Numbered from the stretch's first letter, positions 11,050-18,908 are shown. The stretch is DNA of 56,168 nt from a virus (IMGVR_UViG_3300044699_000054:64001-120168); one strand, 5' to 3'. Program-made: numbers and translations. The notes: a model not told the origin generated them from the sequence alone.

Positions 11050-11129
11050 CTCCCGCAAAGGAGGAGAAAGTGAATGGAGCTGATGACTTCCCTTAGATAG
11101 CCGGAGACGCCGGCTACAGATAGGGAATC

Positions 11130-11528
11130 ATGTCCAGGACAGACAAGGATGCACCGTGGTGGGTGCAAGCTGAGTACTGGGAGCCACTTCACGCAGTCAG
11201 CTGCGAGTTCTACATCGGATACTTCCGTCGTGAGTACCGAGCATGTAACTTGCCACCTGCTCCAATCCGCCAGGACCAGAGCCACCCACGGAGCTACATC
11301 CGTACCGCTCCCTGCAGTTGGGTAGCGGTAATGCCACACAAGGATCGGTATAGGTACACTCGACCACCGACGCGGGAAGAGAAGCATCTGGGCTGGTGGG
11401 GACCAGACCGGCGCAAGGTTCGAGATCTCATGATCAGTGCCAAGCAGCTTTACCGTGGTGGCAATGATCCCGATGTCATCACCCCTCGCCACCATCGTCA
11501 TGCATCAAATTGCGGTTGGTGGGATTAG
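11130..11528 (+). CDS. Hypothetical protein (N-terminus MSRTD shared with 14958-15188)
   Basis: ORF with RBS between tRNAs. Confidence 0.6.
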   Translation: MSRTDKDAPWWVQAEYWEPLHAVSCEFYIGYFRREYRACNLPPAPIRQDQSHPRSYIRTAPCSWVAVMPHKDRYRYTRPPTREEKHLGWWGPDRRKVRDLMISAKQLYRGGNDPDVITPRHHRHASNCGWWD

Positions 11529-11676
11529 CGGGGCCTGATCCCAGGCCTGCGTGCCAGCCACGCATCAGAAGTCACTGGTACCAGTGACAGGGATAAAGCA
11601 GTACAGCCCTGGAAAAGGCTCATCTTTCCCAAGCGCCCTTGGCAGTAGATGGTCTGCCCAGAAGCTGTGCTGCGAT

Positions 11677-11747
11677 GCCGGTGAGATGTAATGGTTGCAT
11701 CCCTGCCTTCCAAGCAGATCGAGCGGGTTCGATTCCCGTCGCCGGTT
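11677..11747 (+). tRNA. trnG: tRNA-Gly(TCC)
   Basis: Loop CTTCCAA. Confidence 0.85.
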
Positions 11748-11752
11748 CTCGA

Positions 11753-11823
11753 TCAGGTGTCGGCTAACGGTAGGCCGCCGGATTTTGGCTCCGGCTATTG
11801 AGGTTCGAATCCTTGCACCTGAG
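11753..11823 (+). tRNA. trnQ: tRNA-Gln(TTG)
   Basis: CCGGA-TTTTGGC-TCCGG. Confidence 0.9.
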
Positions 11824-11827
11824 CAAA

Positions 11828-11900
11828 GCCGCTCTATCCCAACGGTAGAGGAACTGGCTTCAAACACCAGTCAGTCACAGTTCGAGTCTGTGGGGCGGCA
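11828..11900 (+). tRNA. trnL: tRNA-Leu(CAA), short variable loop
   Basis: Loop TTCAAAC by canonical numbering; C31-A39 mismatch. Confidence 0.7.
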
Positions 11901-11907
11901 CGTGAAA

Positions 11908-12105
11908 ATGGATAAGGGTCCACTCGAATACCTCCGTGCCTTGGCTTCTGGTGATCCAGAACGGATCCAGGAAGCCTTAGCATTTCAGCGGGAGAGCTTC
12001 CGGGCTAAGTTCGGCTGCTACCCAGAAGAACTAAAGGAGTGCACCTGTGGAGGAGAAACCACGTGCACCTGTCCTGGTTGGGATGAGGGGGAGCATGAAA
12101 CGTAG
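11908..12105 (+). CDS. Hypothetical protein
   Basis: ORF fills the gap after a tRNA. Confidence 0.5.
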   Translation: MDKGPLEYLRALASGDPERIQEALAFQRESFRAKFGCYPEELKECTCGGETTCTCPGWDEGEHET

Positions 12106-12280
12106 GTTGTACTTCATCAACTGTGACAGCTGTAGCGCCAGTACCAAGACTCATCCGGACGAGAACTTGACAGTCCGCCAAGCCAGGGAACTGGCTAAGG
12201 AACTTGGTTACACAGTGACCCAGGATCATCGGGATCTGTGCGCCAAGTGCACGAAGAAGGAAGCCAACACACGTAAGTAA
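12095..12280 (+). CDS. Small CxxC...CxxC protein
   Basis: GGGGGAG RBS; CDSC/CAKC. Confidence 0.55.
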   Translation: MKRRLYFINCDSCSASTKTHPDENLTVRQARELAKELGYTVTQDHRDLCAKCTKKEANTRK

Positions 12281-12286
12281 TCACCG

Positions 12287-12357
12287 GCCGATGTAGCTCA
12301 ACGGTGGAGCACGCGCTTGGTATGCGCGAGGAGACAGTTCGATCCTGTCCTTCGGCT
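12287..12357 (+). tRNA. trnT: tRNA-Thr(GGT)
   Basis: CGCGC-TTGGTAT-GCGCG. Confidence 0.85.
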
Positions 12358-12361
12358 CTCT

Positions 12362-12432
12362 GCATCCGTGGTGTAGGGGTTGCACGGAACCTTGCCAAGG
12401 TTCAAGAGCCAGATCGTCTCTGGTCGGATGCT
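12362..12432 (+). tRNA. trnG: tRNA-Gly(GCC), T-loop ATCGTCT
   Basis: GAACC-TTGCCAA-GGTTC. Confidence 0.8.
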
Positions 12433-12467
12433 CGTCACCTACGAGCCCATGAAAGGGGGCTGACTAA

Positions 12468-12923
12468 ATGCAAGGAGTACTGGTTCTGAATGCTGACCTT
12501 GGGCCATTGCACACGGTCAGCCTCCGTCACGCGATTCGGATGATCTGTCGTGAAGTGGCAGAGGTCCATGAAGCGGAGCCCGACATACGGTATGCCATCT
12601 TCGGTGGTATGCCCAAGATCGTGAAGCTGGTTCGGTACATCGTCACCAAGTGGCGGTACACGTCCGGACCTGCCTGGTCCCGAGTGGGAGTGCTTCGCCG
12701 GGACAATTACCTATGTGGCTACTGCGGCCGTACGGGCACCACAGTTGACCACGTGACACCGGTCTCTCGCGGTGGTAAGAACCGCTGGGAGAACACCGTC
12801 GCCTCTTGCGATGACTGTAACCAGCGCAAGGGTGACCGTGTGCCTGCGGAAGCGGGGATGCGGCTACAGATCAAGCCCTGGGCACCAACGTGGGCGACAG
12901 TAGCAGATCATCGTAGGCGGTAA
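12468..12923 (+). CDS. HNH endonuclease
   Basis: RDNYLCGYCG..TVDHVTPVSRGG..WENTVASCDDCNQRKG. Confidence 0.9.
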   Translation: MQGVLVLNADLGPLHTVSLRHAIRMICREVAEVHEAEPDIRYAIFGGMPKIVKLVRYIVTKWRYTSGPAWSRVGVLRRDNYLCGYCGRTGTTVDHVTPVSRGGKNRWENTVASCDDCNQRKGDRVPAEAGMRLQIKPWAPTWATVADHRRR

Positions 12924-12933
12924 TAGCCTGTAC

Positions 12934-12967
12934 GTGGACCAGCTCTTCCCCCGTGGAGCTGGTCCAC
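12934..12967. terminator. Hairpin between convergent genes
   Basis: GTGGACCAGCTC/GAGCTGGTCCAC 12-bp stem. Confidence 0.6.
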
Positions 12968-12984
12968 CCAGAATGGCTACCTGC

Positions 12985-13194
12985 TTAATCGTCGGATGAC
13001 GATAATGGAGGCACGCGACTGGTGTTGTTGTCTTGACGTAGCTCTTCCTTTAGCTCTTCGATCTTGGCGAGCATTACGTCTCTTTGTGAATTAACAATGG
13101 TGTGAACCTTGCGGGTCTGAATGGCTCCGTAAGCCGCGATAATAGCCACAATGCCCGTGGCTACAGCACTGATGATCTGGACCGTCTCGCTCAT
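12985..13194 (-). CDS. Small membrane/coiled-coil protein, antisense to the tRNA array
   Basis: N-terminal TM segment then heptads. Confidence 0.55.
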   Translation of the reverse strand: MSETVQIISAVATGIVAIIAAYGAIQTRKVHTIVNSQRDVMLAKIEELKEELRQDNNTSRVPPLSSSDD

Positions 13195-13238
13195 AGATCA
13201 AGTATTACTGAACAATTCCATTTAAGCTACGAAGACTT

Positions 13239-13309
13239 TCCCGATTCGTCTAACGGTAGGACACCCGGCTCTGGACCGGGCAATCTAGGTTCGAATCCTG
13301 GTTCGGGAG
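13239..13309 (+). tRNA. trnQ: tRNA-Gln(CTG)
   Basis: CCCGG-CTCTGGA-CCGGG. Confidence 0.9.
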
Positions 13310-13376
13310 CGGCGGCAGGGGGCTCGTCATTTCGCGAATGACTGAACCTGCGCGCGGGTGCGCCTCCTGTCACTGA

Positions 13377-13455
13377 GGGCCTGGAATGGTGTTCGACAAG
13401 GGTAAAGCCGCATGACGGAGGCCCTTGGACCCGAGTTCGATTCTCGGCAGGTCCA
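13377..13455 (+). ncRNA. ssrA: Mini-tmRNA: tRNA-like domain only, no mRNA-like domain
   Basis: 5' GGGCCTG-GAATGGTGTTCGAC, P2 AAGGG/CCCTT, 3' GGAC-CCGAGTTCGATTCTCGG-CAGGTCCA; G3:U70; no D-stem or anticodon. Confidence 0.8.
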
Positions 13456-13456
13456 C

Positions 13457-13530
13457 GCCGGCTTAGCTCAGTTGGTCAGAGCGGCTTCCTTGTAAGAAGA
13501 AGGTCGGGAGTTCGAATCTTCCAGTCGGCT
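13457..13530 (+). tRNA. trnT: tRNA-Thr(TGT)
   Basis: Loop CTTGTAA. Confidence 0.85.
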
Positions 13531-13534
13531 CGTT

Positions 13535-13608
13535 GCCTGAGTGATGGAACTGGCATACATACTGGACTTAAAATCCGGGTTCTGCGGGTTCGACTCCCGC
13601 CTTGGGCA
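13535..13608 (+). tRNA. trnL: tRNA-Leu(TAA), short variable loop
   Basis: CTGGA-CTTAAAA-TCCGG. Confidence 0.85.
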
Positions 13609-13617
13609 CGTAGCAAT

Positions 13618-13690
13618 GCGGTTGTAGCTCAGTGGTTAGAGCACCGGCCCGTCAAGCCGGGGGTCGCGGGTTCGAGTCCCGTCATCCGCG
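13618..13690 (+). tRNA. trnD: tRNA-Asp(GTC)
   Basis: CCGGC-CCGTCAA-GCCGG (C at position 33). Confidence 0.85.
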
Positions 13691-13691
13691 C

Positions 13692-13970
13692 GTGATACCT
13701 CCATGTTTTATATGTGAGAAGAAGGTGGAGTCAGTGTTTCCAGACCCACCTGATTACGTCTACAACCAGCCGTACAAAGCCACTGTGTTCATGTCTCACG
13801 GCCACTACGGCAGCACCGTATTTGACCCGGTCATCGGGAACCGGCACCTGGAGATAAACATCTGTGACGAGTGCCTGCTTGAGAGAAAGGATCGGGTACT
13901 GCACGTCAGACCTCATCCTCCGGCTGAGCAGGAATACGATGTTCGAGTATGGGATCCGGAGAACGACTGA
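13692..13970 (+). CDS. Hypothetical protein with CxxC motifs
   Basis: ORF; start moved downstream of the tRNA. Confidence 0.55.
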   Translation: MIPPCFICEKKVESVFPDPPDYVYNQPYKATVFMSHGHYGSTVFDPVIGNRHLEINICDECLLERKDRVLHVRPHPPAEQEYDVRVWDPEND

Positions 13971-14158
13971 TGTTGGTTCAAGTAGACCTACAGGCTGGTA
14001 ACCGATTCCTGACTTGTTGGGTAGAGCCCAAAGTCAAGGTTGGCAACGTCATCACCTTGAAGAATCATGAACAGCCAAGGCTCCAGTGGCGAGTACTTCG
14101 AGTTGGTGAACTACAGGAAGCCGCTAGGATAAATCGCGGTTGGCACAACAACATTTAG
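13970..14158 (+). CDS. Hypothetical protein
   Basis: Stop/start overlap with the previous gene. Confidence 0.55.
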   Translation: MLVQVDLQAGNRFLTCWVEPKVKVGNVITLKNHEQPRLQWRVLRVGELQEAARINRGWHNNI

Positions 14159-14246
14159 GTGGAATACCCAAGTGGTCTACGGGACCGTCCTGCTAAGACG
14201 GAGGCTGGCGAAAGTTGGCCCCTGGGTTCGAATCCCAGTTCCACCG
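14158..14246 (+). tRNA. trnS: tRNA-Ser(GCT)
   Basis: Loop CTGCTAA, long variable arm. Confidence 0.9.
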
Positions 14247-14251
14247 CGCAC

Positions 14252-14323
14252 GCCCTCATAGCTCAGCGGAAGAGCTTCGGTCTACGGAACCGGAAGTCGG
14301 GAGTTCGAATCTCTCTGGGGGCG
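14252..14323 (+). tRNA. trnR: tRNA-Arg(ACG)
   Basis: Loop CTACGGA. Confidence 0.9.
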
Positions 14324-14327
14324 CTGA

Positions 14328-14402
14328 GGGGGTGTAACTCAGCCCGGTCAGAGTTCCGACCTGATGAGTCGGCGGTCGAAGGTTCAAATCCTTCCGCCCC
14401 CA
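14328..14402 (+). tRNA. trnI: tRNA-Ile(GAT)
   Basis: CCGAC-CTGATGA-GTCGG. Confidence 0.9.
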
Positions 14403-14406
14403 CAAT

Positions 14407-14478
14407 GCCCGTATAGCTCAACGGATGAGCACTTCGCTACGAACGAAGAGGATGCTGGTTCGAATCCAGTTGCGGGCT
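14407..14478 (+). tRNA. trnR: tRNA-Arg(ACG), second copy
   Basis: CTTCG-CTACGAA-CGAAG. Confidence 0.85.
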
Positions 14479-14523
14479 CGTAAGGCACCTGCTATCGAAT
14501 CCAGCACGTAACGCTGGTACAGG

Positions 14524-14886
14524 ATGATGAAGTACGGATGGACCAGGCACACCGTTTACCATCTGAGTCGTGAGCAACATGAGCGTAGAACTAGCTATGC
14601 CATTGAGCTATGGAAACAACCATTGCATCGTTGGCTAATTGCCAAGTTCTATCACTGGTACTCGTGGAAAATTCACAAAGTGCCAGGGTTCAAGAAGCTG
14701 GAAAAGTGGCTCTGGAAGCGGTACGAGGATCACCATGATGGAGATGAGCTGTTCCTCTACATTCCCATCAGCAACCGCCAGGACTTGCGCTGCTACGACT
14801 TATGCCACAAAAGGCAAACAGTCCTAGCACGACTGGAGCTGACCAAGGAAGACTTCGATGCCATCGGACATGATGATGGAGAGTGA
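14524..14886 (+). CDS. Hypothetical protein
   Basis: 120-aa ORF. Confidence 0.6.
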   Translation: MMKYGWTRHTVYHLSREQHERRTSYAIELWKQPLHRWLIAKFYHWYSWKIHKVPGFKKLEKWLWKRYEDHHDGDELFLYIPISNRQDLRCYDLCHKRQTVLARLELTKEDFDAIGHDDGE

Positions 14887-14957
14887 TCACGATGACCGTT
14901 AACCGGTGCTGATCTCAGCGCACGAGGCGTTGAGCGGCCGAGGGACGAGGTCGTCAC

Positions 14958-15188
14958 ATGTCCAGGACAGATGTCCATCTCCCGTACCGGGTCAAGGAAC
15001 AGGACCCGTACTGGGAACGTGAAGGTCGCTACCGCAACGTCTACTGCGGTTGTGAGCTATGTACCGGTCGCTATAACCGGCGCATGAATCGGCGCCGGGA
15101 GCGGCATGCGGTAAAGCAGTCACTTAGGTCCGGCGACACGGATCCGGTTATGGCTTTCCGGTACCGGTATTGGTTTCCTAATTACTGA
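14958..15188 (+). CDS. Hypothetical protein (MSRTD family)
   Basis: GAGG RBS; CGCELC. Confidence 0.55.
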   Translation: MSRTDVHLPYRVKEQDPYWEREGRYRNVYCGCELCTGRYNRRMNRRRERHAVKQSLRSGDTDPVMAFRYRYWFPNY

Positions 15189-15199
15189 TGTAAGAGGTT

Positions 15200-15272
15200 G
15201 CCAGTCAAGCACACATGGTTGGTGCGCCCGTCTCGTAAGCGGGAGGGCTCGGTTCGATTCCGAGGATTGGCT
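15200..15272 (+). tRNA. trnT: tRNA-Thr(CGT)
   Basis: CCCGT-CTCGTAA-GCGGG. Confidence 0.85.
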
Positions 15273-15341
15273 CTTAGGGGGCCGGCGCTGGCATGTCCGG
15301 ACCGTTGTGGTTGGGAGCTAGCCACTCCCACCCCCGTTTTC

Positions 15342-15410
15342 GGGGTGTGCACTGGTGTGCAGGTTTGCCTTGCAAGCAGACCCTGATCGGTTCGATACCG
15401 ATACGCTCCA
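15342..15410 (+). tRNA. trnA: tRNA-Ala(TGC)
   Basis: Loop CTTGCAA, G3:U70. Confidence 0.8.
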
Positions 15411-15415
15411 CTCCC

Positions 15416-15559
15416 TTAACCAAGAAGATGGGTTAAGCCAGCAAACACAAGGCCTAGGGCCACAAGATTGACGGCAGCCATACGGCCAGCAAGGAAACTG
15501 AATACCGCTAGCGCCCAACAGATCACAGCTAAGATCCATAAAAAGGTATCTACACTCAC
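15416..15559 (-). CDS. 47-aa two-TM membrane peptide (below the ORF-track cutoff)
   Basis: Hand translation MSVDTFLWILAVICWALAVFSFLAGRMAAVNLVALGLVFAGLTHLLG*. Confidence 0.55.
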   Translation of the reverse strand: MSVDTFLWILAVICWALAVFSFLAGRMAAVNLVALGLVFAGLTHLLG

Positions 15560-15598
15560 GTGCTACAGAATAGCCCCGGAACGTTGATTAATAAACAT

Positions 15599-15671
15599 GC
15601 CGACGCACGCCGATGGCCGAGCGGCCTGACTTAGGATCAGGTGTCTTAGGGTTCGAATCCCTACGTCGGTA
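15599..15671 (+). tRNA. trnL: tRNA-Leu(TAG), short variable loop
   Basis: CCTGA-CTTAGGA-TCAGG. Confidence 0.8.
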
Positions 15672-15675
15672 CGAA

Positions 15676-15750
15676 CGGGATATAGCTCAGTTTGGTCAGA
15701 GCACTGGTCTGGGGGACCAGGGGCCAGCGGTTCAAATCCGCTTATCCCGA
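15676..15750 (+). tRNA. trnP: tRNA-Pro(GGG)
   Basis: CTGGT-CTGGGGG-ACCAG. Confidence 0.9.
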
Positions 15751-15763
15751 CACCTGGAGGGGG

Positions 15764-15964
15764 ATGAACTTGCGCAAGGTAATTGTAGATGTGTCCGTCA
15801 GCGACATCATTACGCTGGCTGATCTTCGATGGCTCGTTGAACAATGTCATGGCTTCATGGATGACAGCTCAGTCACTATCAAGGAAGCAAAGACATACTC
15901 GCCCATAGACCGTGATCCAGCAGTGATAACGGTGCACGGTAAGAGACCTGAGGACCGTCCATGA
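15764..15964 (+). CDS. Hypothetical protein
   Basis: GGAGG RBS. Confidence 0.6.
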   Translation: MNLRKVIVDVSVSDIITLADLRWLVEQCHGFMDDSSVTIKEAKTYSPIDRDPAVITVHGKRPEDRP

Positions 15965-16254
15965 CTCGGCAAACAGCAAGGGTCAAGAAGCTAGTCGAAA
16001 GACCAATTTACGAAGTTCATGAGACGCTCATCATCAATTGCGATAAATGCGGCCGAAGGCTGGACGAAGAAGCTGACGACGACATGCTCGCCAATGTCCT
16101 GGAGATTTACTGCAACCTTGACCAGTGTGTCAGTGATCGAGTTCGCTTGGATCTATGCACCGAGTGCTTGAAGCCGATCTGGAGCAAGATCTGTGAAGCC
16201 ATAGGTGCAGACCCGAACGACGAATTACGCATAGGTCAGGATGAGGATCGATGA
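15961..16254 (+). CDS. Hypothetical protein with CxxC pairs
   Basis: Coupled ORF. Confidence 0.6.
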   Translation: MTRQTARVKKLVERPIYEVHETLIINCDKCGRRLDEEADDDMLANVLEIYCNLDQCVSDRVRLDLCTECLKPIWSKICEAIGADPNDELRIGQDEDR

Positions 16255-16748
16255 GCGACGACCCGTGGGTCAGCCCGGTCCACACAACTAGCGCCGACGA
16301 GAACGAGGCGTACGCCTCCCACCCACTGCATGCCGAGGTTGCCGCGCTCACCGCCGAGCTGGACCGGCTCAAGTACCGCGTGGTGGAGTTGAAATCTGTC
16401 GGACAGTCCTACAAGAACCAGCGCGATACCCTCGCCGCCCAACTGGCGCAGGCCGAGACGGTGATCGAGAAGGCAGCGGCCTACGTCAAAGAACACCGCT
16501 GGATGCTGAACGGGCTAGCTCAGTGGCGGGACGAGGGCACCAAGATCGGCCCCGGAAACGATGTCCGCCTAGATCTGGCCGCCGCCGTGGACGCCTACCG
16601 GGCCACGCCCGCCACAACGGAGCGGGACCATGAGACACCGCTCGACATCTACTGGGCGGTCGAACGTGATTCGGGCCGGCCGCTGCCGAGCGATGCGATT
16701 GTGCCGCGCACAACGGAGCGGGAAGGAGCGGGCGATGACCCTGCATGA
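16251..16748 (+). CDS. Hypothetical coiled-coil protein
   Basis: Coupled ORF, GC-rich codons. Confidence 0.6.
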   Translation: MSDDPWVSPVHTTSADENEAYASHPLHAEVAALTAELDRLKYRVVELKSVGQSYKNQRDTLAAQLAQAETVIEKAAAYVKEHRWMLNGLAQWRDEGTKIGPGNDVRLDLAAAVDAYRATPATTERDHETPLDIYWAVERDSGRPLPSDAIVPRTTEREGAGDDPA

Positions 16749-17178
16749 GCGGGTCACGGCCGCCGTCGAGAAGCGGCTGGCGGTGGCGCAGGCGGCCACA
16801 CCGGGGCCGTGGGAGCACGTCGACTACCACGGTGGTCCCTATCCTGATTGGACTTTCAAGGGCTGCGGGTCCGTTGTCACCATGGCGCCAGACCTGGCAG
16901 GCGGGGACATCGCGGCCCCGAACGGCGACCTGTACCCACGCTCGGGTTACAGCCCGAGGGACGATATGGCCTTCATCGCCGCCAACGACCCGGCCCGCAT
17001 CATCCGCGACTGCCGGCGGGACCTGAAAGTACTCGGGCGGCACCACACCTACGGCCTGCAACTGGCGCCGGAGTTCCGCAAAGGCTGCGTGCACTGCCAG
17101 CAGGGCGGCGGCGTGTGCGCCGAGATCCGCGACCTTGCCGAGGCCTACGAGATTGGGGTGGACGATGGCGACGGATGA
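16735..17178 (+). CDS. DUF6221-like protein
   Basis: AATPGPW...FIAANDPARIIRDC..DLKVL..H...C..C..IRDLAEAY pattern (recalled family). Confidence 0.6.
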   Translation: MTLHERVTAAVEKRLAVAQAATPGPWEHVDYHGGPYPDWTFKGCGSVVTMAPDLAGGDIAAPNGDLYPRSGYSPRDDMAFIAANDPARIIRDCRRDLKVLGRHHTYGLQLAPEFRKGCVHCQQGGGVCAEIRDLAEAYEIGVDDGDG

Positions 17179-17521
17179 GGCGTACGAAGCAGCGGCAGTT
17201 GCTTTCAGGCTTGGCGATCCACTCGCACCACCATGGCCAGGAACGGCGCTTTGGGAACGTATCAGTATCGTTGTTGACGCCGTATGGGACCTAGCTATTG
17301 TCGAAAGTCGCCAGGAGGCGTTGAAGATTGCCGCTCGTGGCTTGCTGGCTGATGCGAAAGCCCACGCTGCCAAATGGAATACCGAGAAATGGGACCAAGG
17401 CTTCGTGGCCGGTATGGAGCACGCGGCTCACACGATAGCCAACAGCGTCGATCGCATTGATCCTGACCAGGACGTGTGGAATTACCTAGACGGTGAGGTT
17501 AATGATGCAGCTGCATCGTGA
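17165..17521 (+). CDS. Hypothetical protein
   Basis: Coupled ORF. Confidence 0.55.
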   Translation: MATDEAYEAAAVAFRLGDPLAPPWPGTALWERISIVVDAVWDLAIVESRQEALKIAARGLLADAKAHAAKWNTEKWDQGFVAGMEHAAHTIANSVDRIDPDQDVWNYLDGEVNDAAAS

Positions 17522-17681
17522 AGAAGCACAGCCAGAGAATTCTCCTTTCCTGAAGGAGATCCTGACGAAAGTTCAGGAAGGTACTTGGAGGTACTACGCA
17601 GGCGGAATCCTCATAGCGGTTCTATTTGTGTTGCTCATCATCGCAGGGGCAGTTTCCTTTATCGTGTTCCTGACGCTGTAA
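17502..17681 (+). CDS. Small membrane protein
   Basis: C-terminal TM segment. Confidence 0.55.
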   Translation: MMQLHREEAQPENSPFLKEILTKVQEGTWRYYAGGILIAVLFVLLIIAGAVSFIVFLTL

Positions 17682-17700
17682 CTAGTCTCCTGGAGGAGCT

Positions 17701-17937
17701 GTGTACTTACTGATTCATAGCAGTGAAGATGGGGAGCCAATAACCCCACTTAATGAGGCTGAACTCGCACAAGTTCTTCGTAAGCCAGAAGAATGGAGCA
17801 TCAAGACGTTTAAAGACTCCAGTTTCTTTCACGCCAACGCCAATCAAACTAACTACTGGGAGGAAGGAACCGCAGTCTTACTCAAGGTTGAGGTACTGAT
17901 TCCGACTCCAGTAACAACAGCCTGGGCGATCAAATAG
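17701..17937 (+). CDS. Hypothetical protein
   Basis: GGAGG RBS. Confidence 0.6.
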   Translation: MYLLIHSSEDGEPITPLNEAELAQVLRKPEEWSIKTFKDSSFFHANANQTNYWEEGTAVLLKVEVLIPTPVTTAWAIK

Positions 17938-18908
17938 CATCAAGGAAGATAGCGTCCGCATGAACGGGTTTGGCTAGGAGGCTGGCCAACGATCCTGTAC
18001 AAAGTACATATGGACACGCTGATCTACCGGGAACGGCTACGACCCACTGATCATCGACTTGGTCGGCATGTGAATCATGACTCACGTTCTCGACTGTATC
18101 CGTTTAACACATCTGGACTGACGTTGGTCAGCGCACGTCACCCACGCCATATCCCGGTTTTCGATCAGGGCAATTTAGGCAGCTGCACTGGTAACGCGGG
18201 TATTGGCTGTCTAGGCACCGGGATATTCTTCGATGGCACTGGTGGCTATTACAGTCTTGATGAGAGTGGCGCGGTAGCACTGTACGGCGATGCCACCAAA
18301 GCTGACCCATATGAAGGTGAGTACCCGCCCACTGATACCGGTAGTGATGGATTGACCATTGCCAAGGTCCTTACGGCGGCTGGTGAGATCGCTGGTTACC
18401 AGCACACGTTCACCTTGATCGACGCACTCAAAGCGTTGACAGTCACCCCATTCATCACTGGGGTCAATTGGTTCGACGGCATGTTTGAACCAGCAACAGA
18501 TGGCCGGGTTACGGCAACAGGAAATCTGGCCGGTGGCCATGAATTCATTGCGGATCAGCTCGACGTGGAAAGCGAGCGGATCTGGTTCACAAATTCTTGG
18601 GGAGCAGGCTGGGGAGTCAACGGTCGGTTCTATATGAACTGGAGCGACTATGGCTCGTTACTGGCCCAGCAAGGCGATGTGACGATCTTCGTACCTGTTA
18701 CAGCTCCGGCACCAGAGCCAATCCCCGTGGAACCTGACGCTGATGACATTGCTCTAGCTGCGGCAACCAGGGACTGGTCAAAGGCGCCACACATAGGATC
18801 AAATGCCATAGCTGCCAAGGCAGTGCGAACTTGGCTACTCAAGAAGAAGCTGTATTACGAAAGCTGACCAGCCTGAATAATCAAGTAGCACCAAGGAAGA
18901 TAGCGCCC
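17930..18908 (+). repeat. 28-bp imperfect direct repeat (17930-17957 and 18881-18908) flanking the peptidase gene
   Basis: TCAA[A/G]TAGCA[T/C]CAAGGAAGATAGCG[T/C]CC, 25/28 identical. Confidence 0.75.
18010..18867 (+). CDS. Papain-like cysteine peptidase (C1 family)
   Basis: DQGNLGSCTGNA (Gln/Cys), GGHE (His), NSWGAGWG (Asn). Confidence 0.9.
   Translation: MDTLIYRERLRPTDHRLGRHVNHDSRSRLYPFNTSGLTLVSARHPRHIPVFDQGNLGSCTGNAGIGCLGTGIFFDGTGGYYSLDESGAVALYGDATKADPYEGEYPPTDTGSDGLTIAKVLTAAGEIAGYQHTFTLIDALKALTVTPFITGVNWFDGMFEPATDGRVTATGNLAGGHEFIADQLDVESERIWFTNSWGAGWGVNGRFYMNWSDYGSLLAQQGDVTIFVPVTAPAPEPIPVEPDADDIALAAATRDWSKAPHIGSNAIAAKAVRTWLLKKKLYYES

Noticed and set aside
11828-11900. Possible UGA-suppressor/Sec tRNA (CTTCAAA read as a TCA anticodon)
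   Set aside because: Canonical numbering from the D-arm places the loop at TTCAAAC (CAA, Leu); the TCA register does not form a stem and there is no long Sec arm.
13377-13455. Two-piece (permuted) tmRNA with a separate coding piece
   Set aside because: The 5' and 3' TLD strands are in normal order and joined by a short hairpin; no tag-like ORF with P2 complementarity was seen nearby.
10548-15850. ORFs overlapping tRNA clusters (e.g. 10548-10976, 14159-14416, 15563-15850)
   Set aside because: Translations of tRNA sequence with no coding features.
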